64,000 nt of DNA from an uncultured Candidatus Rokubacteria bacterium (lineage in GTDB: Bacteria; Methylomirabilota; Methylomirabilia; Rokubacteriales; CSP1-6): positions 384,001-448,000 of the forward strand of contig CAVXJS010000014.1 of NCBI GenBank assembly GCA_963762145.1, given 5' to 3'. Below the pieces are notes generated by a model. That model ran no database searches and was not told where the DNA came from. It saw only the letters and a program-made list of their open reading frames with translations. This document shows positions 40,626 to 49,199 of this stretch, piece after piece (positions within the stretch are counted from its first letter, which is position 1; the number at the start of each line of letters is the position of its first letter). Both the position numbers and the translations under genes were made by a program.

Positions 40626-40917
40626 GGAGCCACCTCTATTTCGCATGAGCCACGTCTGTGAAGAAGAGACCGAGCGGCAAGAGGAACGTCGTCAGGCGAC
40701 AAGCGAGGTGCGTTGCGCAAGGCGTCCCTCGAGTAACGTCGCCCCTAGCCCTCTCTCTGTAGGACAGGCGGGCACCCTCAGCAATAGGACTTTAGTCCCA
40801 TGGCCACTCCCCCTTCGGCTTCGGCCTCCTGATGACTGTCCTCGCCACGGGTCGTGGTGCGGGCGGTGGCGATCCCCTACTGGACAATGATCGGAGACCC
40901 GCTGACCACAAGCCGAT

Positions 40918-41000
40918 GAGCCGGCGCGTTCGAGCGCGGGCTTCGCCCGCGCAATCTGTTTCTGGGGGAGGTTCGGAAGGGGGCGTAGCCCCCCTCCGAG
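40918..41000. repeat. Probable intergenic hairpin/repeat element
   Basis: Two stem-loops, GCGCGGGC-TTC-GCCCGCGC and TCGGAAGGGGGC-GTA-GCCCCCCTCCGA, directly after the kinase stop. Only one copy in this window. Confidence 0.5.
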
Positions 41001-43706
41001 CTACTTGTCGAGGACTTCGCGGACCTTGGCGATCAGCGCGACGGGCGTGAACGGCTTCCCGAGCAGCAGCAGGCTCGCGTCGAGCACGCCGTGGCGAACG
41101 ATGGCGTCGCCGGTGTAGCCCGACATGTACAGCACGCGCAGGTCGGGTCGCGTCGCCCGCACCCGGTCCACCATCTCGCGGCCGCTCATGCGCGGCATCA
41201 CCACGTCGGTGAGGATGAGGTCGATCCGCTTGCCTTCCTTCTCGAAGACCGCGACGGCCTGGACGCCGTCGCTCGCCTCCAGCACCGTGTAGCCCTGCCG
41301 CTCCAGCACCTCGCGGGCGAGCGCGCGCACGTCGGATTCGTCCTCCACCAGCAGGATGGTTTCCTGGCCGGTGGCCGGCGGGGGCGTCCCGGTGTCGTCG
41401 ACGGCGCCGGTGTCGGCCGCGGTCTCGACCTGGGGCAGGTAGATCTCGAAGGTCGTGCCGCCGCCCATGACGCTGCGGACGTGGATCGCGCCGCCGTGCT
41501 GGCGCACGATCCCGTGCACCATCGAGAGCCCGAGGCCGGTGCCCTTACCCGCCTCCTTGGTGGTAAAAAACGGCTCGAAGATGCGCGCCTGGGTCGCCGC
41601 GTCCATGCCGGTGCCGGTGTCCATCACCCGGAGCACCGCGTACGGTCCGGGCGGGAGCGCGTCCGGCCGATCGGGCGGGGCCGGTCCGAGCCGCACGTGG
41701 TCGGTCTCGAGGCCCAGGGTGCCGCCGCCCGGCATCGCGTCGCGCGCGTTCACGGCCAGGTTCATCAGCGCCTGCTCGAGCTGGGCCCGATCGGCGTTGA
41801 CCCGTCCGGCGCTCGGCCCCGGCGTCACCAGCAGGTCCACGTCCTCGCCGATGAGCCGCCGCAGCATCGTGCTCACGTCGGCGACCATGGCGTTGAGATC
41901 GAGGACGCTCCGCTGGAGCACCTGCTTGCGGCTGAAGGCCAGGAGCTGGCGCGTGAGGCCGGCGGCGCGGTCCGCCGTCTTCTGGATCACCTCGACGCTG
42001 CGGCGCACCGGGTCATCGGCTTTCAGCTTGCCCAGGACCAGGTGGGTGCGGCCGGTGATGATCGTGAGCAGGTTGTTGAAGTCGTGCGCGACGCCGCCCG
42101 CGAGGCGGCCCACCGCCTCCATCTTCTGGGCCTGCCGGAGCTCCTCCTCGAGCTGCTTGCGCTGGGTGATGTCCATCATCGCGCCGATCATGCGGGTGGG
42201 CCGGTCGTCCCCGTCGTGCAGCACGTAGCCCCGGTCGTAGGCGTGAGCGTACGTCCCGTCGGCCCGGCGAACCCGGTATTCCGCGCTCCAGCTCTCGGCG
42301 CCGCGCTCCACCGCCGCGTTGATGTCGGCCTTCACGCGCTCGCGGTCGTCGGGGTGGATCGTCTCGTACCACCAGGTGATGTCCGGGCCGACCTGCTCCG
42401 GGGTGTAGCCGAAGAGCGTGCCCACGCCTTCGTTCCACCAGAGCGCGTGGCTCACGAGATCCCAGTCCCACACCGCGTCGTTGGTGGCGCGCGCCACGAA
42501 CTGGAAGCGGTCCTGGCTCTCCCGCAGCGCCCGGACCAGTCGCTCCGCGGTGCCGCGGGCGATCTGCTCGGCCTCGAGGATCTGGGCGTTGCGGATGGCG
42601 ATCGCGGCCTGCGCGGCGAGCCGCAGCAGGACCGACTCGTGCTGGTCGGTGAACGCGCGGGGCGAGCGATTGTCCACGTAGAGCAGGCCCTCGACCCGGT
42701 CGTCGATCCGGATCGGCACCACCATCTTGGCGGTGATCCCGAGCGCGGCGATCTGCTCCGCGTAGTCGCGGCTGATCTGCGGATCCTGGAGGTAGTGACT
42801 CGTCCGCGCCGGGCGGCCCTGCTCGAGGGCGAGGCCGCCGAGCCCCTTGCCGGGCTCGACCCGGACGCGGGCGACGTCGGTGTACCACGGGGCCGTCCAG
42901 TAGTGCAGCCGCACCGCGGGGGAGTCGGCAACGCGCAGGCCGATCATGGCGCCGTCGCTGCCGCAGAGCTCCTGCGCGGCCTCGGCGACGTGCTGGAGCA
43001 CGGTGGCGAGCTCGGGCGCGGCGCCGATCGTGCGGGCGAGCTCCGCCAGCACCTCGGCCTCGCGCCGGCGCCGCTTCTCCTCCGCGAAGAGCCGGGCGTG
43101 CTCGAGGGTGATCGCGGCCTGATCGGCCAGGGCCTCCGCGAGCTGCACCGCGCGGGCGTCGAAGAGGGTGCCGGTCGCGGTGCGCACCGCGAGCACCCCG
43201 ATCAGCCGGTCCTGCGTGAGCAGGGGCACCGCGAGGATGGCCCGGTCGCCCCGCGCCTCCATGTGCGTCCGCAGGGCCGGGGGGATGTCCATCCGCTCAT
43301 CGGCCAGGACGTCCGGGCTCGTGATGGTGCGGCGCTCGCGCATGGCGAGGCCGACTGCGCCCGATCCGACCTCGCGCACCGGGCGCCAGCCCGTGGTCGG
43401 GCCCGCGGGCCCGTGCGCCACCGCCATCGCGAGCAGGTTCGCGGAGTCGTCGTCCAGGCGGTAGACGACGGCGGAACCGCCGCCCAGCAGGGAGCGGAGG
43501 CTCTCGGCGATGCGCTCGCCCACCACGTCGGGGTCGAGCCGCTCGGAGAGCAGCCGGCCGATGCCGGTCAGCGCCCGGGTCTCCTGCTGGCGCGTCCACT
43601 GCTCCTCGAGCAGGCGCGCGTTCTCCTGCTCGAGCCACCGCAGCCGGGCGTGGAGCGCCGTCTGATCCTCCGTCTCCGCGCGGTTCTCGGGGCTCATCGG
43701 CGTCAT
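41001..43706 (-). CDS. Hybrid sensor histidine kinase (GAF-GAF-PAS-HisKA-HATPase-REC)
   Basis: Two GAF-like blocks, PAS (WDWDL...IHPDDRERV), GVAHDFNNLL, NLAVNARDAM, FFTTKEAGKGTGLGL, C-terminal REC. Confidence 0.93.
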   Translation of the reverse strand: MTPMSPENRAETEDQTALHARLRWLEQENARLLEEQWTRQQETRALTGIGRLLSERLDPDVVGERIAESLRSLLGGGSAVVYRLDDDSANLLAMAVAHGPAGPTTGWRPVREVGSGAVGLAMRERRTITSPDVLADERMDIPPALRTHMEARGDRAILAVPLLTQDRLIGVLAVRTATGTLFDARAVQLAEALADQAAITLEHARLFAEEKRRRREAEVLAELARTIGAAPELATVLQHVAEAAQELCGSDGAMIGLRVADSPAVRLHYWTAPWYTDVARVRVEPGKGLGGLALEQGRPARTSHYLQDPQISRDYAEQIAALGITAKMVVPIRIDDRVEGLLYVDNRSPRAFTDQHESVLLRLAAQAAIAIRNAQILEAEQIARGTAERLVRALRESQDRFQFVARATNDAVWDWDLVSHALWWNEGVGTLFGYTPEQVGPDITWWYETIHPDDRERVKADINAAVERGAESWSAEYRVRRADGTYAHAYDRGYVLHDGDDRPTRMIGAMMDITQRKQLEEELRQAQKMEAVGRLAGGVAHDFNNLLTIITGRTHLVLGKLKADDPVRRSVEVIQKTADRAAGLTRQLLAFSRKQVLQRSVLDLNAMVADVSTMLRRLIGEDVDLLVTPGPSAGRVNADRAQLEQALMNLAVNARDAMPGGGTLGLETDHVRLGPAPPDRPDALPPGPYAVLRVMDTGTGMDAATQARIFEPFFTTKEAGKGTGLGLSMVHGIVRQHGGAIHVRSVMGGGTTFEIYLPQVETAADTGAVDDTGTPPPATGQETILLVEDESDVRALAREVLERQGYTVLEASDGVQAVAVFEKEGKRIDLILTDVVMPRMSGREMVDRVRATRPDLRVLYMSGYTGDAIVRHGVLDASLLLLGKPFTPVALIAKVREVLDK

Positions 43707-43896
43707 CCGCCGTTAGGGGAGCAAGGACCACGCCACGGACAAGTATCTGAAATCACGGGATATCCTGGTCGTCCTCGGTCGCAAACTGTCAGTTTGTGGC
43801 TGAAAATGAGCACAGCCCGGCGGACAAGGCCTGGTCGCTCTGCTACGATCCGCTCACCGTTGCCAGCCGCTCACCCCCATCGGGAGACTCACCGTC

Positions 43897-45249
43897 ATGA
43901 CGACCGACGCGAAGATGATCAATCACCTGTGGACGCACAAGACGCAGGACCATCCGTTCCTGTCCGACGCGGAGCTGGTGATCGATCGCGGGGAAGGGGT
44001 GTGGGTGTGGACCGAGCAGGGCAAGAAGCTCCTGGACGGCTTCGCCGGGCTCGCGGTCGTCAACGTGGGCCACGGCCGCCGCGAGATCGCGGAGGCGATC
44101 GCGGAGCAGACGGTGCGGCTGGCCTACTATCCGACGACCAGGCAGTTTTCCAATCGGCCGGCGGCGGAGCTGGCCGCGAAGCTCGCGTCGCTCACGCCCG
44201 GCGACCTGCGCTACACGATGTTCGCGGTGAGCGGCTCCGAGGCCAACGAGCGCTCGATGCAGATCGCGCGGCAGTACTGGCTCGCCACCGGCAAGCCCGG
44301 CAAGCACAAGGTCATCTCGCTCAAGGGCGGCTACCACGGGGCGACCATGGGCACCTTCGCGGTCTGCGGCCTGCCCCATCTCTCCCAGGCCTACGCGCAG
44401 CTCGAGGTGCCCGGCTTCGCCAAGGTGGCGCCGCCGCATCCCTTCCGCGACCTCGCGGGCGGCACCGAGGCGGAGCTGATCGCGCGCCGGATCGCCGAGA
44501 TGCGCGAGGCCATCGTGCGAGAAGGGCCGGACACGGTGTCCGCGGTGATCATGGAGCCGGTGCTCTCCTCGGGCGGATTCATCATGCCGCCGATCGGCTG
44601 GCTCCGCGCGGTGCGCGCGCTCTGCGACGAGCTGGACGTCCTGATGATCGCCGACGAGGTCATCACCGGCTTCGGGCGCACCGGGCGGTGGTTCGCGGTC
44701 GAGCACGACCAGGTCGTGCCCGACCTGATGTCGGTGGCCAAGGGCATCACCTCGGGCTACATCCCGCTCTCGGCCAGCATCGCGCGCGGCCGCCTCGCGG
44801 ACGCCTTCTCCGACACCACCACCCAGGAGAACGTGCACCCCAACACCTACGCCGCGCATCCGGTGGCCTGCGCGGCCGCCCTCGCCAACCTGCGCATCAT
44901 GGAGCAGGACAAGCTGGTGGCGAACGCGGCGGCGATGGGCACGCGCCTGCTCGAGGGCCTGCGGGCAAAGGTGGGCAAGCACCCGATCGTGGGGGAGGTC
45001 CGCGGCCGCGGTCTCCTGGTCTGCGTGGACTTCGTGCAGCCCGACGGCTCCGGCAAGCCGCTCGACGGCAAGCTGGTGGCCGAGCTCGACCGCAAGGCCT
45101 GGGATCGCGGCGCCATCATCTACGCGCGCGGGACGGTGCTGCGCCTCGCCCCGCCGCTCTGCATCACCGCGGCCGAGGTGGACGAGCTGGTCGGCGTGGT
45201 CGCGGACTGCGTCGATTCGCTCCAGCGCGACATGGCGGCGGCCGGCTAG
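43897..45249 (+). CDS. Class III PLP aminotransferase
   Basis: SGSEANE, YHGAT, IMEPV, IADEVITGFGRTG, SVAKGITSGY. Confidence 0.93.
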   Translation: MTTDAKMINHLWTHKTQDHPFLSDAELVIDRGEGVWVWTEQGKKLLDGFAGLAVVNVGHGRREIAEAIAEQTVRLAYYPTTRQFSNRPAAELAAKLASLTPGDLRYTMFAVSGSEANERSMQIARQYWLATGKPGKHKVISLKGGYHGATMGTFAVCGLPHLSQAYAQLEVPGFAKVAPPHPFRDLAGGTEAELIARRIAEMREAIVREGPDTVSAVIMEPVLSSGGFIMPPIGWLRAVRALCDELDVLMIADEVITGFGRTGRWFAVEHDQVVPDLMSVAKGITSGYIPLSASIARGRLADAFSDTTTQENVHPNTYAAHPVACAAALANLRIMEQDKLVANAAAMGTRLLEGLRAKVGKHPIVGEVRGRGLLVCVDFVQPDGSGKPLDGKLVAELDRKAWDRGAIIYARGTVLRLAPPLCITAAEVDELVGVVADCVDSLQRDMAAAG

Positions 45250-45252
45250 CGC

Positions 45253-46596
45253 CTAGCCGAGGAACTCGCGCGCGAGCGTCTCCCACATCATCGCGGAGAG
45301 CTTGAGGCTCTCGGTGTCCACGCGCTCGTTGTGGCCGTGGAACATGAGCGGGTAGTCGGTGTAGGGGATGCGGAGCGACTGCAGGCCGAAGCCGTAGGCG
45401 GGCACGCCCTGCCAGCGGAAGAACTTGGCGTCGGTGCCGCCGGTGGTCATCTTGGGCACCACGCGGCTGCCCGGCATCAGCCGGGACGTCACGCGCTCCA
45501 TCGCGGCCACCAACGGCGTGTCGTGGGTGCTGAGCGAGCCTTCCTGGCCGCGGCCGGTGCGGATCGTCACCCGCGGAGCCAGGTCGCCGATCGCCTCCCG
45601 CAGCATCACGTCCACCTCGTCGCTCGTGACTCCCGGCAGGGCGCGGATGTCCACGTCGATCTCCACCCGGTCGGGGATCACGTTGGTCTTCACGCCGCCG
45701 TGCATGACGTTCGGGGAGAAGGTGGTATGCGTGCAGGCGTGGGCCTCGCGCGCGAGTGCGAGGTTGTCCATGCCGCGTACCGTCTCCAGCACCCGGGCGG
45801 GATCGGTGAGGCCGGCGGTCAGCTCGGGCCCGAGGTCCATCGCCTTCACGTACTCGCGCCACACGTCGAGCACGCGCGCCTTCGGCTGGTAGGCCGCGAT
45901 GCGCCGCACCACTTCCGCCGCGGTCACCAGGGCGTTGTCGGTGCGAAACGGGCGGGACCCGTGGCCCGGCGTGCCCGCGACCGTGAGCCGCCGCCAGTTG
46001 GCGCCCTTCTCGCCCACCGTGACGCCCAGCACGTGGCCCTTGCTGGTCGGGATCGGCACGCCGCCGCTCTCGGTGATGACGTAGTCCGCCTTCACCGCGT
46101 CGGGCCGCCGCTCGACCAGATGCCCGGCGCCGAGATTGCCGCCCGCCTCCTCGTCCGCCACCGCGAGGTAGATCAGCGTACCGCGCGGCTTGAAGCCGCT
46201 CTTGGCCAGCCGCCGCGTCGCCACCGCCATCGTGCTGGTGAGGTTCAGCATGTCGATCGCGCCGCGGCCCCAGACCACCCCGTCCACCAGCTCGCCGCCG
46301 AAGGGATCGCGCTGCCAGCCGTCCGGGCTCACCGGCACCACGTCGGTGTGCCCCATCAGGAGCAGGCGCGGAGCCTTGGGGTCCGAGCCCTCGATGCGCG
46401 CGATGAGGCTCTCGCGTCCCGGCTCGGAGGTGTAGCGCTCGCACGCCACCCCCGCCCCCGCGAAGTAGTCCTCGAGCGCCGCGCAGCTCCGCGTCTCCTG
46501 GCCGGAGGCCGCGGTACCGTCGTTGACGCACGCGTTGCGGATCATCGTGCGCAGCAGCTCGGTCGCCTCGGTCTCGATACTCTGCTCGTCTCGCAT
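45253..46596 (-). CDS. M20/M25/M40 family metallo-hydrolase
   Basis: LMGHTDVVP, WGRGAIDM, VADEEAGG, GGTDAK, HGHNERV. Confidence 0.92.
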   Translation of the reverse strand: MRDEQSIETEATELLRTMIRNACVNDGTAASGQETRSCAALEDYFAGAGVACERYTSEPGRESLIARIEGSDPKAPRLLLMGHTDVVPVSPDGWQRDPFGGELVDGVVWGRGAIDMLNLTSTMAVATRRLAKSGFKPRGTLIYLAVADEEAGGNLGAGHLVERRPDAVKADYVITESGGVPIPTSKGHVLGVTVGEKGANWRRLTVAGTPGHGSRPFRTDNALVTAAEVVRRIAAYQPKARVLDVWREYVKAMDLGPELTAGLTDPARVLETVRGMDNLALAREAHACTHTTFSPNVMHGGVKTNVIPDRVEIDVDIRALPGVTSDEVDVMLREAIGDLAPRVTIRTGRGQEGSLSTHDTPLVAAMERVTSRLMPGSRVVPKMTTGGTDAKFFRWQGVPAYGFGLQSLRIPYTDYPLMFHGHNERVDTESLKLSAMMWETLAREFLG

Positions 46597-46608
46597 GGGT
46601 TCCTCGCT

Positions 46609-46634
46609 GGGGTCAGGTCTTACATTCCGACATT
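46609..46634 (+). repeat. Single family-A repeat copy
   Basis: GGGGTCAGGTCTTACATTCCGACATT, overlapping the nudC stop codon. Confidence 0.85.
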
Positions 46635-47513
46635 GCCGGAGAAGTTCCGGATGATCCAGCCCGCGATGGAGTGACGGGCCGGGCCCACTGGCATTTCGGT
46701 GCGCGGAAACCACCGCGCGTCCTCGAGCTCCTCGCGGTCGATGGTGATCTCGCCGCCCGCGTAGCTCGCGATGAAGCCGAGCATGATCTGGCTCGGGAAG
46801 GGCCAGTTCTGGCTGCCCACGTACTGGATGTCCTTGACGTCCACCCCGACCTCTTCCTTCACCTCGCGCGCCACGCAGCCCTCGAGCGACTCGCCGTTGT
46901 CCACGAAGCCGGCGACCAGCGCGTAGCGGCCCGGCGCCCAGATCGCCTTGCGCGCGAGCAGCACGCGGTCGCCGTCGCGCACCAGCACGATGATCGCGGG
47001 ATGCAGATGCGGGTAGTGCTCGTAGCCGCAGCCGCCGCAGCGCTTGCCCCACTCGCCCTCGAGGCGGCCGGTGGGCGCGCCGCAGCGCGGGCAGTGGCCG
47101 CTGGTGGACTCCCAGTAGAGGAGCTGCATCGCCATGCCGCCCATCGTCAGCAAGTCGTCGGGCAGCCGCGTGCCCTGCATCGGCACGACCGTTTCCGGCT
47201 GGAGGCCGGCCGGGACCGGCGCCCCCTTGGGCAGCGCGGCGACCCAGCAAGGCTCGCCCGCCCACGTGCCGAGCCAGTGGCGTGGGCCCAGGCCGTCGAC
47301 GCCGCGCGGCGGCGCCTCCGGCGTGGCGCCCGCGGGCAGGCGGAAGCCGTCGCCCTCGGGCACCACCAGGAGCTTCTGATCCTGGACGATCAGCCAGCGG
47401 CCGACGCCCGCGGGCGCGCCGCCGCCTTCGCGCTTGGCGGGCGTGAACTCGCCGCGAAGGCAGTCCATGTTGAAGGGCAGGTACACGGACAGCGGGGTCA
47501 TCGTCGTCGTCAT
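46620..47513 (-). CDS. nudC: NAD(+)/NADH diphosphatase (Nudix)
   Basis: Zn finger HCPRCG...CGGC, YPHLHPAIIV, Nudix box AGFVDNGESLEGCVAREVKEEVG, SQNWPFP signature. Confidence 0.88.
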   Translation of the reverse strand: MTTTMTPLSVYLPFNMDCLRGEFTPAKREGGGAPAGVGRWLIVQDQKLLVVPEGDGFRLPAGATPEAPPRGVDGLGPRHWLGTWAGEPCWVAALPKGAPVPAGLQPETVVPMQGTRLPDDLLTMGGMAMQLLYWESTSGHCPRCGAPTGRLEGEWGKRCGGCGYEHYPHLHPAIIVLVRDGDRVLLARKAIWAPGRYALVAGFVDNGESLEGCVAREVKEEVGVDVKDIQYVGSQNWPFPSQIMLGFIASYAGGEITIDREELEDARWFPRTEMPVGPARHSIAGWIIRNFSGNVGM

Positions 47514-47582
47514 CGGCGCGGCCGAGTCTATCACGGAGAAAACCCGGTTGCGCTCCGGCCCCGGCCGGGGTACCACTACCCC

Positions 47583-48083
47583 GTGCCCGAGCTGCTCTCC
47601 GCCCTCGCTGCCTCCGTCGCCGCGCGTCTCATCGCGCGCAAGGAGACGATCGCGGTCTCCGAGTCCTCGACGGGCGGCCTCATCTCGGCCGCGCTGCTGT
47701 CGATCCCGGGCGCGTCCGCGTACTTCGTGGGCGGCGGCGTGATCTACACCCAGACCGCGCGCCGCGGCCTGCTCCAGCTTCCCGACGACGCGGTGCGCGG
47801 CATCCGCTCCAGCACCGAGGCCGCCGCCCGCATCAACGCCAGGACGGTCCGCGAGCGGCTCGGGACCACCTGGGCGCTCGCGGAGACCGGCGCGGCGGGC
47901 CCCACCGGCAATCGCTACGGCGACGCGGCCGGCCACTCGTGCTTCGCGGTGGCGGGCGCGGTGGAGGCGGCCCGCACGCTCGAGACGGGCCGGAGCGACC
48001 GCGAAGCGAACATGTGGGCCTTCACCCGGGCCGCCCTCGAGCTGCTCGACACCTGCCTCCAACAAGCGGGAGAGAAACCATGA
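47583..48083 (+). CDS. CinA C-terminal/PncC-like protein
   Basis: IAVSESSTGGLISAALLSIPGASAYF, ETGAAGPTG. Confidence 0.85.
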   Translation: MPELLSALAASVAARLIARKETIAVSESSTGGLISAALLSIPGASAYFVGGGVIYTQTARRGLLQLPDDAVRGIRSSTEAAARINARTVRERLGTTWALAETGAAGPTGNRYGDAAGHSCFAVAGAVEAARTLETGRSDREANMWAFTRAALELLDTCLQQAGEKP

Positions 48084-49123
48084 GCGACTCCAAGATCCGC
48101 ATCGGCTTCATCGGCGCCGGCGCCAACACGCGCAAGCACCACATTCCCAAGCTCAAGGCCCAGCCCGGCGTCGAGCTGGTCGCGGTGGCGAACCGGTCGA
48201 AGGAGTCGGGCGAGAAGGTGGCGAAGGAATTCGGGATCGGCCGGGTGCACGCGGGCTGGCAGGAGATCGTCAACGCCCCCGACATCGACGCGATCTGCAT
48301 CGGCACGTGGCCCTACATGCATTGCGAGATGACGACCGCCGCGCTCGGCGCGGGCAAGCACGTGCTCTGCGAGGCGCGCATGGCCATGAACGCGGCCGAG
48401 GGCCGGCGCATGCTGGACGCCTCGCGCAAGGCCCCGAGCCTGATCGCCCAGCTCGTGCCCGCGCCCCACACCCTCGAGCTGGACGCCACCGTCCAGGCGC
48501 TGCTCGCGGAGGGCTTCCTCGGCGAGGTGCTCGCGGTCGAGCTGCAGTCCTCGTCGGGCCGCTTCGTCGAGCCGGACGCTCCGCTGCACTGGCGGCACGA
48601 CGCCGCGCTCAGCGGGCACAACATCCTCAACATGGGGATCTGGTACGAAGCCATGATGCGCTGGCTCGGCCCCGCGCAGCGGGTGACCTCGATGACCAAG
48701 ATCGCGGTGCCGAAGCGGAAGGACGCGGCGGGCGCGACCCAGGAGATCAAGGTCCCGGATCACGTGGACATCCTGGCCCAGCTCCGGCGCGGCGCGGTCG
48801 CCCACCTGCGCTTCAGCTCGGTGACCGCGCTGGCCCCCGCGTCCGAGGCGTGGATCTTCGGGAGCGAAGGGACGGTGAGGCTGGAGGCCGACGCGCTGCG
48901 GCTGACCGGGGCCCGGCGGGGGGAGTCGGCGCTGCGGGAGATCCCGGTGCCGCCCAAGACCCGGATCGGCTGGCGGGTGGAGGAGGAGTTCGTCAACGCG
49001 ATCCGGGGCCGCGAGAAGATCGCGCGGACGACGTTCGAGGACGGCGTGCGCTACATGGAATTCACGGACGCGGTGACCCGCAGCGCCACCGCCGGCCAGA
49101 CCGTCGACGTGAAGGAGTTGTAA
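48080..49123 (+). CDS. Gfo/Idh/MocA family oxidoreductase
   Basis: IRIGFIGAG, IDAICIGTWP, GKHVLCEARMA. Confidence 0.9.
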   Translation: MSDSKIRIGFIGAGANTRKHHIPKLKAQPGVELVAVANRSKESGEKVAKEFGIGRVHAGWQEIVNAPDIDAICIGTWPYMHCEMTTAALGAGKHVLCEARMAMNAAEGRRMLDASRKAPSLIAQLVPAPHTLELDATVQALLAEGFLGEVLAVELQSSSGRFVEPDAPLHWRHDAALSGHNILNMGIWYEAMMRWLGPAQRVTSMTKIAVPKRKDAAGATQEIKVPDHVDILAQLRRGAVAHLRFSSVTALAPASEAWIFGSEGTVRLEADALRLTGARRGESALREIPVPPKTRIGWRVEEEFVNAIRGREKIARTTFEDGVRYMEFTDAVTRSATAGQTVDVKEL

Positions 49124-49148
49124 GTCTGGAGGGCTTCCCACCCTATTC

Positions 49149-49183
49149 CCCTCTCCCCTCAGGGGAGAGGGCAGGGTGAGGGG
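49149..49183. repeat. CCCTCTCCCC/GGGGAGAGGG hairpin repeat, family B
   Basis: CCCTCTCCCC-TCA-GGGGAGAGGG-CAGGGTGAGGGG between convergent genes. A second copy is at 61824. Confidence 0.8.
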
Positions 49184-49199
49184 TGGTGCTCTAGGCGGG

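Noticed and set aside
41091-45305. 1404-aa plus-strand ORF and other very long ORFs (36445-39144, 9336-11657, 56329-59907, 3434-5545)
   Set aside because: These are antisense or off-frame shadows typical of high-GC DNA. Only short terminal parts (the lipoprotein, DppC) are real.
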